64,000 nt of DNA, from positions 64,071 to 128,070 of the forward strand of contig JALMLS010000328.1 in NCBI GenBank assembly GCA_038496445.1, read 5' to 3'. Each line of letters begins with the position of its first letter. The first letter of the stretch is position 1. The DNA is from Trichosphaerium sp. ATCC 40318. Taxonomy: Eukaryota; Protista; Tubulinea. The notes beneath the pieces are model-generated. The model had not been told where the DNA came from and did no database searches. It was given only the letters and a program-made list of their open reading frames with translations. This document shows, one piece after another, positions 1 to 10,847 of the stretch. Position numbers and translations under genes: made by a program.

Positions 1-107
1 ATGAGGGTTTAATGCAATTGGGTAAGCTTGAGCACATTGAAATATATAATTGTCCTTCAATCACCGATAGATGTTTGAAACACTTGACATCACTCAAACA
101 TCTTTAA
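1..107 (+). CDS. 3' end of an LRR protein (partial, runs off window)
   Basis: Frame from base 3 reads EGLMQLGKLEHIEIYNCPSITDRCLKHLTSLKHL*, matching the C-terminus of the LRR protein at 38102-38862. Confidence 0.75.
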   Translation, partial: EGLMQLGKLEHIEIYNCPSITDRCLKHLTSLKHL

Positions 108-749
108 GTGGTACCCAAATAATTCCACATGCTGCCAAGTCACTAGGCATTCAAATATCAAAAGACTATTTTGTTTAATGACCACATAACCAAGATAAAG
201 CAATAAATAACTTTGAACAAAAGAATAATCTGTAGTACTAGAAAGCATACGTCGGTCTATTTTGTTGGCATTTACTCATATAACACCACAATGTTGAAAT
301 CTGGAATCTGAAATCTTACAAATTGAAATCTATCATTTTTGAGCTATGAGTGAATTGCAGGTACAAAGTTGTGATCTGCATGTAACACAAAACATTTTGT
401 AATCTTAATTTTCATTTGTGTGCCTTTTGTGAGTGTGACCACGTGCAAACAATCTCGCTTCAAGCTATTGCTTTGAAAATAATAGACAGTATTTACCTAG
501 TAGAATCGAATCATGAACAGGTTTTTTCAGTTCTAACTTTACAAATGTCTAACAATCAACGGTAATTCAACCACTGCACCTAACCAAGATTGGATCATCA
601 CTGAGGTTTTGCAAGGATTTGACGCCTTTGGTTCACAACAAGCTCAAAGTAGGATCAATATTGAAACGAATCACTTAGCGACTGGAAACACAACAACTGC
701 ACTACACTTTTAGCTCAGTGGTTCCATGAATGTCGCAACAAGTCAAAAC

Positions 750-755
750 AAAAAA
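750..755 (-). terminator. Candidate Pol III terminator (T6) downstream of the permuted tRNA-Lys
   Basis: First run of >=5 T on the minus strand after the tRNA 5' half, ~92 nt downstream. Confidence 0.4.
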
Positions 756-847
756 GTGGTGATCGCGTCACGTGCTTTAAAGATTTGTGTGGGGTGAAGA
801 GGATTCGTTTTGAATCCGTAATCACCTCCAAATAATCGAAGTATATA

Positions 848-924
848 CGGTTAAAAGCCGGGCGCTCTACCAACTGAGCTACAGCGGAATAACTCCGCTG
901 ATTGGAATCGAACCAATGACCACC
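848..924 (-). tRNA. Circularly permuted tRNA-Lys(UUU): 3' half (924-893, nt 42-73), TTAT linker (892-889), 5' half (888-848, nt 1-41)
   Basis: Reordered halves give TCCGCTG TA GCTC AGTTGGTA GAGC G CCCGG CT TTT AA CCG|GG TGGTC ATTGG TTCGATT CCAAT CAGCGGA G: 73 nt, all four stems Watson-Crick paired, G73 discriminator, intact A and B boxes in reversed order. Confidence 0.85.
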
Positions 925-1648
925 TGAAACGAAGAAAAACACAAAGACTTATGTGCACCACACTTATAAGATATCAACTTGAGCTATTTAAGCTTGCAGT
1001 TGTTTCAAAAAAAAAAATTGTGGGCTACACAATCGTCACAACAACCGACTTAGCACATATCTCGAGCCATTTTTTGGTGTTTGTAAAAAAAGTGTGAATT
1101 CTAAAAAAAGCGTCAACACAAAAACAGTATGTTTTGATGATAAAGATATAATTAACTTTGGTTTGTAGCTGTTAGCCTTCAAAAAATAGCCAAAATATAA
1201 AATTTATTTGGTACTCTTTCAGTGTGCCAACTAATTTTGACAAAGATAATTTTGCCAACACAATTTGTTACAAGAATTTTTTCATAGCAGGTCTTGTAAC
1301 TCAGCCAGGTAACTATAAGGGTGTGCAATAAACTAATTTCAGCTCTCTATCATCCTTGGCTCCTACAAACAACAACACTTGCTTGAGGGAGAACTTATCT
1401 CTGGCTTGACCGTTACACCCTTGTTTTAATAAAAGTCACAGACACAATAAAACTACATCCGAAAAACCAAAAACTTTTCTGAGACATTGTAGCCATTGCA
1501 CAATTGCCTCTAGCCGTTTGTTACGCCTATAGGTTTCTAAGATAACCTCTTTTAGTCTCAAACGTCCGTAAAACCCGGTTTGTACGGCCAACATAAAAGG
1601 CACGTGCCACTACGGAATATATTCTTTATTTAATTTAGTAATATGACA

Positions 1649-4230
1649 TCATTGTAAGTCTAGCGTACAAGTTTGATCTTGAATAGAAGTAATCCCAAAG
1701 TAAAAGTTAACAATATCTGCCTTACAGTAATCAAGTCTATAATTATCTGCGAGTACAACAAGTGACCTAAAAAACAAAGAATTTAGTATTTATAAGAAAT
1801 TGTATCATGACCTTACCCTAAGAAAGGTTTACTTTGTTCATGGAAGTTTGTAAACAAGAAATTGAATACCTTTAAAAAGAATTAACTGCTGATCAACAAA
1901 AAAGAGACAAGTTTGCAGTAAAAAACTAAGCAATCAGCTGCAGATTACCGCTTTGTAAGTATGTTCCAGAAAACAGCTTAAAGTAAAGTAGAAAAATCAA
2001 TTGCTACTTGTGGGGCAGTTGTTTGTGAATTGCACGAGAAGGAGAAATTTTTTTTTGTTACTGACAAAATTCGAACCTCAACAAATAAGTGACCCTTATC
2101 CATTTGTATGAATACTTGACAAATATCAAACAACATGCATATAACAATAGATGTTCTTAGATGTAGGAAATACGATTCTTTGATGTTATAGAATACAACT
2201 TGAGCAAGCTATAAAGACATTAGCCCATCAACAAAAAAAGAAGAAAAAAGTTATCCTCACACCTTTACAGCCTTGTTATACTGTCTTGAAGCAAATAAAA
2301 CCAAAGTATCACAAAATTCAGCTGTTGTAATCCAAATTGAATACAGTTTGTCATTATACTGATGTAGTGCTGTATCACATAACAACTTGACTTTGTCTAT
2401 TCCTACCTTAAACTCTTCATATTGATCTTCTGTCTAGTAGTTGTTAATCAATCTCAGTTTGCTTAGTATCTTAGTAACATGCAATGTAATTGAACATATC
2501 ACGTTGAATACAATTGTTTGTTGAAAGCATTTGCGGTGAAACAACAGAGATGGTGAGCCAAATCTAGGAGTAAAGATAAGAGGGTTTTTTTTGAAGATTT
2601 GGTAGTCAACGCTTTTATTCCTTTCTCAATTGATTACCTTTGATAGTATGCACCATATTGTAATAACAGTAAGATCGTAAGGTATAGATGTAACATTATA
2701 ATTAAGGAAAGATAACGTTGAGTTAAGTTGTGCTATAGCTTTAACTTCAGCAGCTCTAGAAAAAAAAAACTTAATCTGGTGAGTAAAAAATATGTTGTTT
2801 ACCTATCTACAAAGAAATTTATAGTAAAGGATCTTATACGTATGTCTATTAATGATAGATGTCCGAGAGGCTTTAGTGATGTATCATTTTTATGCTGAGG
2901 GTCTTTTCTGAGACTATCAATCAATTCTGTTTAACAACACATGTCAGCCTTTAAAAACAATTGTCCTTTACGTTTGTCTACTTTTTTATGTCATACCTGA
3001 TCCCATATCGAATTTCAATGCTTCAATATAATTTCCCGTCATCAACAGGTAATCTCTTGTTAAAGCATACGCAGCTAAGGAGATATAAATAATGAGTGGA
3101 AGAAGAACAAAACAAAAACTAAGGAAAAAACCAACGTAGCTCTGTACGTACATACATAGCAAGGATGCAATGTAGTATTTCTATCTTTAAGTAATGCTTG
3201 TATTTGTATTCCTTTCTTATACAAGTAATATGACCTAGTATGACAACCAGCCAAAAACGCAGCTACGGTAAGTATACCAAGAATCTCAGCAGCCTCAGGT
3301 GTAATCCAATCATCTATCCTGGGGTTAACAACCAAACAGCTTGCGTGCAGCTTTTTCACGTGCCTGGTTCAAGCACTGAGAATAAGTTGATAATACTTTC
3401 AGTGTTCCATTCATTAACAGGTACGTTCTGAAACAGAAGAAAAAAAGTTAGAAAGAAAGCAACAGATTGCAAACGGCTTTTATCATGTGTACGAAAAGGT
3501 TTTTTGCACTTTTTTCTACTGTTTATAATTTTCCGATACTAAAACGGAAGTGGACTGATCAGGCTCTGTCCTGCAGCTGCAGCTGACTTTTAAAAAAAAA
3601 TTTGTTTTTTTTGGTTTTTCGTTTTTGGCATTCATGCACCCACGTGACGTGCGTATTCGCTAGAAAAGAACAGCACGTGCGACAAGAAGTGATGAGGCGT
3701 ACAAAATGAAGAATGGCGTCTGAATACAGCTTTAGCCATCTTGAGATCTCTGAAGCGCTTCCCAAATATGCGTATATCGCCCACGAAGCATTTTGGGGCG
3801 TCTCAACGTAAGTTAGATAATTTGTCCGTTTTTTGTACTAGTGTTGTACCATACTGTCTAAAACTTGTCGAGGATCATGATGATCATTGTTTGGGTAATA
3901 AGAAGGGGTTTCAGCCTGTTTTTTAATTGCTTCGTATCCTTCTTTCAACCGTTCAATCTCCATACGTTTTTCTTCCAATTGACGCATGAGAGACGTTTTG
4001 TCTGTTACTTTTCGAAAAAAGTCGTTATTATCAACTAATTAGCTTAAATAGTTATACTAACGTGTAGTAGATGTGCTTTTTGGCTGTTCGTGTGGATAAA
4101 CGCACTGAATTTTGCGTTTTGAACATTGTTTGCATGGCATTGCGCCATTGCACTTTGAATGCTTCTCTTTGCAATAAGCACATGCTGTGTTAGCCTTAGT
4201 CTTTTTTCTTTTTACCCCACGGCTTTTCAT
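1649..4230 (-). CDS. Zn(II)2Cys6 (GAL4-type) transcription factor, multi-exon
   Basis: Exon 1 (below the ORF-track cutoff) reads MKSRGVKRKKTKANTACAYCKEKHSKCNGAMPCKQCSKRKIQCVY = CX2CX6CX5CX2CX6C; a coiled-coil exon follows (LMRQLEEKRMEIERLKEGYEAIKKQ); later exons end ...TCTLDLQ*. Internal exons approximate. Confidence 0.8.
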
Positions 4231-4589
4231 AGAGCGAACCGAATACTGTTGCCTTAATTCTGTTGTTTAAGTCACTTTATTTCCCCTGTGTTCTCTGTAG
4301 CTGCTGAGCACGTGGTCTCGTTGAGATTGCATGTTACACGAACTACGTATTGTATGCAGCGAAGGCGACAAGCTGGCAATTATTTGCTAAGCTATCTGAT
4401 TGTATTTACTTTGCAAGTAGACACGTTCGCTGTTCAGAACTTTCTTACTTTTTTATTAGTTTGCGTTGCTAGAAACTGCTCGTTATGAGAAAGACATACA
4501 TCAAGGGCTTACACCGGAGATGCACTATTCGAAATAATGCGAGTATCACTGTGAATCATAGACGAGATTGTGGCTTGATGCAAAAGCTA

Positions 4590-4770
4590 TACAAAGATGA
4601 ATGGTTGAAGATGTTGGCTAGAGTAGATACGGTCATTCACAATGCTATTGTATTACAGATAAGGCGTTAAGGCTTTGGCTGGTGTTCATACAGTTAACTT
4701 ATCAAGTTGCTGTGGTGTAACAGGCGAGGGTATCTTGGCGTTGACTCGCAATGGTGTCATAAGATTACAA
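4590..4770 (+). pseudogene. Decayed AGVHT-type LRR gene fragment
   Basis: Frameshifted repeats ...LKMLARVDTV / ITDK / GVKALAGVHTVNLSSCCGVTGEGILAL. Confidence 0.7.
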
Positions 4771-4832
4771 AGCAACAGAGGCATTAGTTGGTGTACTCTG
4801 GATAATGTTTGTACCCCTTTTATTACTTTGTT

Positions 4833-6544
4833 TTACAGCTGTGATAGCAACATAATTAGTATAATAACTAACTGGACACTACACATTCGGATAGATACCG
4901 AACTGCAAGGAAGTATATCTCCAATAAAGAATAGAGCACGTGTAGAAGACAGTTCTAGAAAACAATAAACAAACATACCCATAACAATTGTAGAATGATA
5001 CATACCTGATTTTAGCGATGAGCAACCAGAAGCGTGCTTGACCAATACATCTGAAACTGAAGATTCATCACACAATGAATAAGAGTTAAACAACTCAAAA
5101 CCATTAACAACAGAATCAAGTGAGACTGTGAGACTACTAAATGAAGTACATCCTTCAACAATTATCGTCGTCTTCTCATCAACTGTGATTACAGCACTAT
5201 CAAATGAGATGTTTCCTAACCCCGTACTATCAGTATAACATACGTTTGGTTAATATTTATATGCTTACCTTGTACTTTGATGGTGATACCACGCAAGTCT
5301 AACTCTCCAGCCAACTCAACATTTTGATTCAAGAACACACAAAACGAATTGTTTGAACATGTCGCACCAAGCGATTCAAGAGCGATTACTTTGTTAGTTG
5401 GCTCTACCAATACTGGCGCTTGCGATGGCACTTGTTCACTTGGTACTTGATCATTACATTTACCGTCTTCTCCTAAACAAATTGAGTCCTTAGAAAGAAA
5501 GTCATTGGAATGCTAGACGAGTTTACCTGCCATGAAGATACCTGATATCTCTTCACTTAGAAGAGGTCTGTTATAAATAGACACCTACACGTTTTTAGCC
5601 AATAAAATCAACATAAACTTGGTGTACTTCGTCAATTGCAAGGTGAAGATCATGTCCAATTTTAAATGGTGTCCCAGTATCGTTCATACAACATGCGTGC
5701 GTTGTAGTTACAGCAATATTCCCATTAAAGTAAAACCTCGCCTTGTTGTCTACTCTATTATCAATGAGAATAAAACTTTGTTTGTTGTAGCGTACGAATA
5801 ATACGTCATGGCCACGTGATGCCATTGTACGTCAAGAGATGGCGTTATATCAGTTTGAGATGTTGGTCCTTGTGTTGTAACAAAACGTGTTGATACACGT
5901 GTACTTGATGATAAGAGTGCTTGTATTCCAGTGCCGTTTATTTTAGTAAATAAGTTTGTATTTCTTGTCTTTTGTGATGAGCCTGACCCAAAACTCAAGA
6001 GTGAAATCAGCTACAAGTCATCAGCTAAGCTAAAAAGTTTGAAAGCACAACTCACCGAAAATATCGCCGTCGCCATGATTTGTAATTATTTCTAAACCTT
6101 CACTTTCAAATGTAACGGCTGCATCGCCTACCTTTCCCTTTAGTAGCCATTAGCTAATATATATACTAATCAGAACAAACAGAAACTAAGCTTTTGGTAC
6201 GGAGTTTTCGGAGCAAACGATTTTGTTATCAGGGTTTTTTTTTGCTATTTAGGTCCACGTGACTTGAAAAGGCTCAAAGGTTGCTTGTGGCAAGAGAATT
6301 AAGCAGTATGAGTTTTTCCGGTAAAATAGAAACGCACCTTTGTTCTGGTTGGCGTGGTTGATGTAAAATATGTAACGGGTGGGTCTGGATAGCTTGCTGA
6401 ACTCAATGCCAAATTGCCTCCATCCTCAAACTTATACAGCCCCATAATACCATCAGGAGTTTCGTAGCAAACACCACAGCAAGTATGAATATTTGCTAGA
6501 AATCCTAATACCAACAACCAGTAATATGAGCCAGTAAAAGACAT
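4833..6544 (-). CDS. Secreted/anchored LamG (concanavalin-like) domain protein, multi-exon, with an apparent frameshift near 5980
   Basis: Signal peptide; motifs GLYKFEDG, DFTLEFWV, WHHVAMTY, FYFNG, IDEVSIYNRPL; hydrophobic C-terminus. Confidence 0.7.
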
Positions 6545-7104
6545 TAATCAATTGAAAACGGATTGCAAGTCAATACATTTCTTTAAAAATGAGCGTTTCC
6601 TGTAGTATGTTCACGTGATCTAGTACTTTGTAACCAACGTATGTTTGAGACTACAGGAGGTTTGCAAATCAATGTTCAATAGCCATCTGGGCACACGTGC
6701 GAAATATTTAGGAACAAATTCCGTAATCAGAATACAAGATTGCCAAACTTTCTGTCAAAAATTCACAATAAATTGCAGTGAAACAGGAGAGGTATTCTTC
6801 TTCCATTTTCGCAAACTAATGTGGTTGATATGATACAAGACTCAACGGGCTCCGCGAGAGTCCGAGATGCAACGCTATATAGCTACCTATAACTTATGTA
6901 AATAATAGATAGACCCAACTTACACATCCACTCCTATTGTTATTACCTCTCCGTTACGTAATGTTGCGTTCCAAACTGTTATCCTTAACAAACAATGTAT
7001 AAACACGCTTCTATTGTCAGTACAGGATTCTCGCTTAACACCAGATAAGTCAGTAACTACATACAAAAGTAAACAGCCACGAGATCATGTATCTGATTAA
7101 AAAA

Positions 7105-7787
7105 ATGACAAACGAGGTGAGCGACGTAGTAATAAAAGTGCTGTTAATAATAAACGATAGATTAACACAAAGAAACCTGACCATTGCTTCCTCTTGTACC
7201 TCCCTGTTGAATTACAGCTTGATATCATAGATTTAGACTTTGAAACGTATCTTAAATGGCCTCTTCTAACAAAACAAATGGCATTAACCACAAGGTTTAA
7301 TGAAGAGCTAGAAAAACATGGCAAATGGAGGAAAGGCCAGTACAATTGTTCTGAAGAATCCAATTTCATCAAAGGTAAACAACATGGAGAATACAAATCA
7401 TGGTATTACAATGGTATTCTAAGTGAAAAGTGTAATTACAATAATGGTAAGATACATGGAGAGTATAAGAAGTGGTATATAGATGGTCAGTTGAAGATAA
7501 AGTGTGTCTACTTTAATGGCAAGTTAGAAGGAGAATACAAGATGTGGCATCAAAGTGGCCTCCTGCTATTTCATGAAAACTATCTAAATGATAAACATCA
7601 CGGAGAGTTTAGCCAGTGGTACAGTAGTGGTCAATTACGTAGACAGTGTAAATACATGAACGGAAAACTAGATGGAGAATTAAAGTTATGGTATAAAAAT
7701 GGTAATATGTTTAAGCAATGTAACTACAAAAATGGTAAACAAATAGGACAGTACAAAAGCTGGCACTACAACGGCCAATTGATGTGA
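7105..7787 (+). CDS. F-box-like + MORN-variant (YwqK-like) repeat protein; one intron 7117-7160
   Basis: MTNE|INTKKPDHCFLLYLPVELQLDII..., then repeats of the GEYKxWYxNGQL..CxYxNGK type. Confidence 0.8.
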
Positions 7788-8068
7788 TTTACAAAAGTTA
7801 AACTGTAAAGATACAATCACTAGAAAGAAATAAAGTCAAGTATGAGGAGTTTAGGTACATTGTAAAAATACCTTTGAATAGGAAACTTGCAGTGGAACTG
7901 CACGATTAAACTCTTTCCCATTTGCGTTTTATTTTAGGTTACAAAGTACAGAGCTATGTAACCAACGTTGGTATTCCCCTCATGTTCAATGGGTTTCAAG
8001 TTCTTTTTGTTTTCGGAATATCAGGCTGAAAGCTGTGCTGTCTACTTTCAAATAAATATACCGCTTCA

Positions 8069-9034
8069 TTAGTTAACAGAAACTATAGTCATTGAAAAAT
8101 CCTTTTGTTGAAGACCTGTTAATGATTTAAATACATCCAAAGTAGTATTAGTGCCTGCAATGTTTATCAGTTTAACACCTACAAGTTTTTCTACACTTGC
8201 ATTAGTCACTTGTCTACAATTTGATAAATCTATCGCATGAACACCAGCTAATGCTTTAACACCTTCATCTGTCAATTTTGAACAACGACTTAAACATATC
8301 ATATGAACTCCAGCTAATGCTTTAACACCTTCATCCGTAATATGCGTGTTAAAAAGATTAATTGTATGAACACCGGCTAACGCTTTAATACCATCATCTG
8401 TAACACGTGTGTTGAAAAGATTAATAGTATGAACACCGGCTAATGCTTTTATACCATTGTCAGTTACTTTGGTACCACAAAGCTTAATCGTATGAACTCC
8501 AGCTAATGCTTTAATACCATCATCTGTAACACGAGTGCTGCAAAGATCAATTGTATGAACACCAACCAATGCTTTAATACCTTCATCTGTAACACATGTG
8601 CAGTACAGATCTATTTTATGAATTCCAGCTAGCTGTTTAAGATGGTCATTTGTAAGAAAACGACAACAACTAAGGCTAACATTGTCAGATATCTCAAAGT
8701 CAGTAAAGTCAGTCTTCTTTGATACATTCTTAAATCTTATACTATGTACTCCTTGCAAGTACTTTAAATGCTTTTGTTTGCATGTAAATACAATTGTTAT
8801 CTTTGCTGTTTTGATTAGATGAGGTGCCTCCTTAAACAGTTTTTTTAGCATCCATTCTTTTCTGATAATAATGTGTCTTCTCCTTGTACCATATTTCAAG
8901 TGTTTTGATGCTATTTGGGCTAATATTGTACATGTGCGTACTATTGAATCCATAGATGTCAAGGAAACGTGTCGGAGTATATGTACGATGACTTCAACCG
9001 GAATATCATCAAAGAAGGCTGTATGTTCGTTCAT
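8069..9034 (-). CDS. Intronless F-box-like + LRR (ALAGVHTI) protein
   Basis: IPVEVIVHIL N-terminus; ~8 repeats of the ALAGVHTINLxxTxVTDDGIK type. Confidence 0.9.
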   Translation of the reverse strand: MNEHTAFFDDIPVEVIVHILRHVSLTSMDSIVRTCTILAQIASKHLKYGTRRRHIIIRKEWMLKKLFKEAPHLIKTAKITIVFTCKQKHLKYLQGVHSIRFKNVSKKTDFTDFEISDNVSLSCCRFLTNDHLKQLAGIHKIDLYCTCVTDEGIKALVGVHTIDLCSTRVTDDGIKALAGVHTIKLCGTKVTDNGIKALAGVHTINLFNTRVTDDGIKALAGVHTINLFNTHITDEGVKALAGVHMICLSRCSKLTDEGVKALAGVHAIDLSNCRQVTNASVEKLVGVKLINIAGTNTTLDVFKSLTGLQQKDFSMTIVSVN

Positions 9035-9633
9035 TTTACTCTAACTTACTTCTTTGTACGTTATTTAGCGTAATTAGGTATACAACTTGCGTCTACTATG
9101 ATACAGCCGACGCGGTTACTGGGTATTGACTAGTGTTGACAATTGTGCGAACTTGGAAGCCAACGAACTTTGGCAGAAAGACCAAGGCCTAAAAGTATTT
9201 TTAGTAAATGGTTGAAAAGGGTTGTAAACAATGACATTAGTGACTGTTCTCCACAGCACGTGTGATATATTCATCATGTTCCAGTTGGCAACAACGATAC
9301 ACTGTCAAAATATAACAAATGAGGGTGTTAAAGTGTTGGGAAAAGGAAAAAAGTAAGAAAGCCAGCTGGTTCATTTTTTAGGAAACGTATCAAATACATT
9401 GATCTAAAAGAATGTCCCTATCATAACATCTATCACAGTTGGTAACTATACTAACTACCAGCTGACTACCTTACCAAAGATTGTCCATATAAGATTACCT
9501 ATATATAGCTGTTACCGTCATCGCATTTAAGCACTAGTAATAGAGTTGCAAAATTCACTTTCGCTTTGAAACATCAAGTAACTTAACCTACTTAATAGAT
9601 AAAACACGTGACAAGTTTTTTGTTACAGCAACA

Positions 9634-10751
9634 ATGCCAAAAGGTTCAAACAAAACACGAGAACAACCAAAGCGACCAGAAACGTTGGTGGCAAAAGTGG
9701 TATTGTTTGGAGAGTCAGGTTAGCCACGCAACAGTTGTAGTTCGATAGTAAACTCATTTGCTAGTGGTTTTTAATTAGTACTAACTCGTCTCACCCTAAG
9801 GTGTTGGAAAGACATCTATATTGAATAGATATATATACAACACGTATGAGAGTCCTGCAAACACAATAGGGGCAGGATTTGTACGTCAGAAGCAACTTCT
9901 CTTATGAAAACTTGCTACAATTTGTTCTTATTTCTTCCTACTTATTCGTTACTCACTCTGTTCAGCTTAGCAATGAAGTGTCAGGAAAGTATACTCAAAC
10001 AATTAAACTGCACTTATGGGAGTAAGTAAAAAGCATCCGATGTTTAATTAATACTGAGATATCTTCTATAGCACAGCTGGCAGGGAACGATACCAACCCT
10101 TAGGAGGTACACAAAATTCTTGTCTCATTTTCTGTAATTTTGTTTCCTAGATTTGTATTACCGTGATGCACATATAGCGCTACTAGTGTTTGATATTAGC
10201 TGTAAAAGGTCGTTCGAATATATCAATTATTATAAAGAGGAACTTTTGAGGAGTCACAAAGACCCAGACAATGTAAGTGTTACAGATCCATGTGAAAAAG
10301 GTCTTCTGAATCACTTTTTGTTCTAAGCTTATATTTGTTGTCATTGGAAACAAAAGCGATCTAGATGATAGAAAAGTATCAAAGCAATCAATAGACGACC
10401 TAGTCGAATATTGGGAATGCCCATATTATGAAGTTAGCGCTAAAACGGTACAATACCCTTTTTTTTTCCAAGGCAACTTTTTGATTCGAATACAAATTCT
10501 CTTTGTGGGCTATATCCACATTGTTCTTTGTTTCTATAACAACAATCTAACTTTATTCACTTCATTATTCGCCATGCTAAGCCATTTTTGATCTACAGGG
10601 GAAGAACATTCATGAAACTTTTGAAGAAATAGCACGTATCCGAGAAAGATCATTTCGAAAACGCCCTAAGTCCATTGCAATCAAGGAACCTAAGCATGTC
10701 AATAGTAGCAGTTTGTTTACATACTTATCATCATTGTTTGGATATCAATAA
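9634..10751 (+). CDS. Atypical Rab-family small GTPase, 7 exons
   Basis: Spliced motifs GESGVGKT, TIGAGF, WDTAGRERY, YYRDA, GNKSDL, EVSAKTG. Confidence 0.9.
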
Positions 10752-10847
10752 ATAAAGTTGTTTGCAAACACGTGTTTTGGTCAAAAACAGTCGTTTATCT
10801 TTTTACCGAAACCGTGGTTCTCTGCGTTGTCAACACAGCGCTTAATT

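Noticed and set aside
715-942. 75-aa minus-strand ORF
   Set aside because: Chance frame running across the permuted tRNA
755-990. Permuted group I intron flanking the tRNA
   Set aside because: Flanks are too short, no P7-like core is visible, and the required junction would mismatch the anticodon stem
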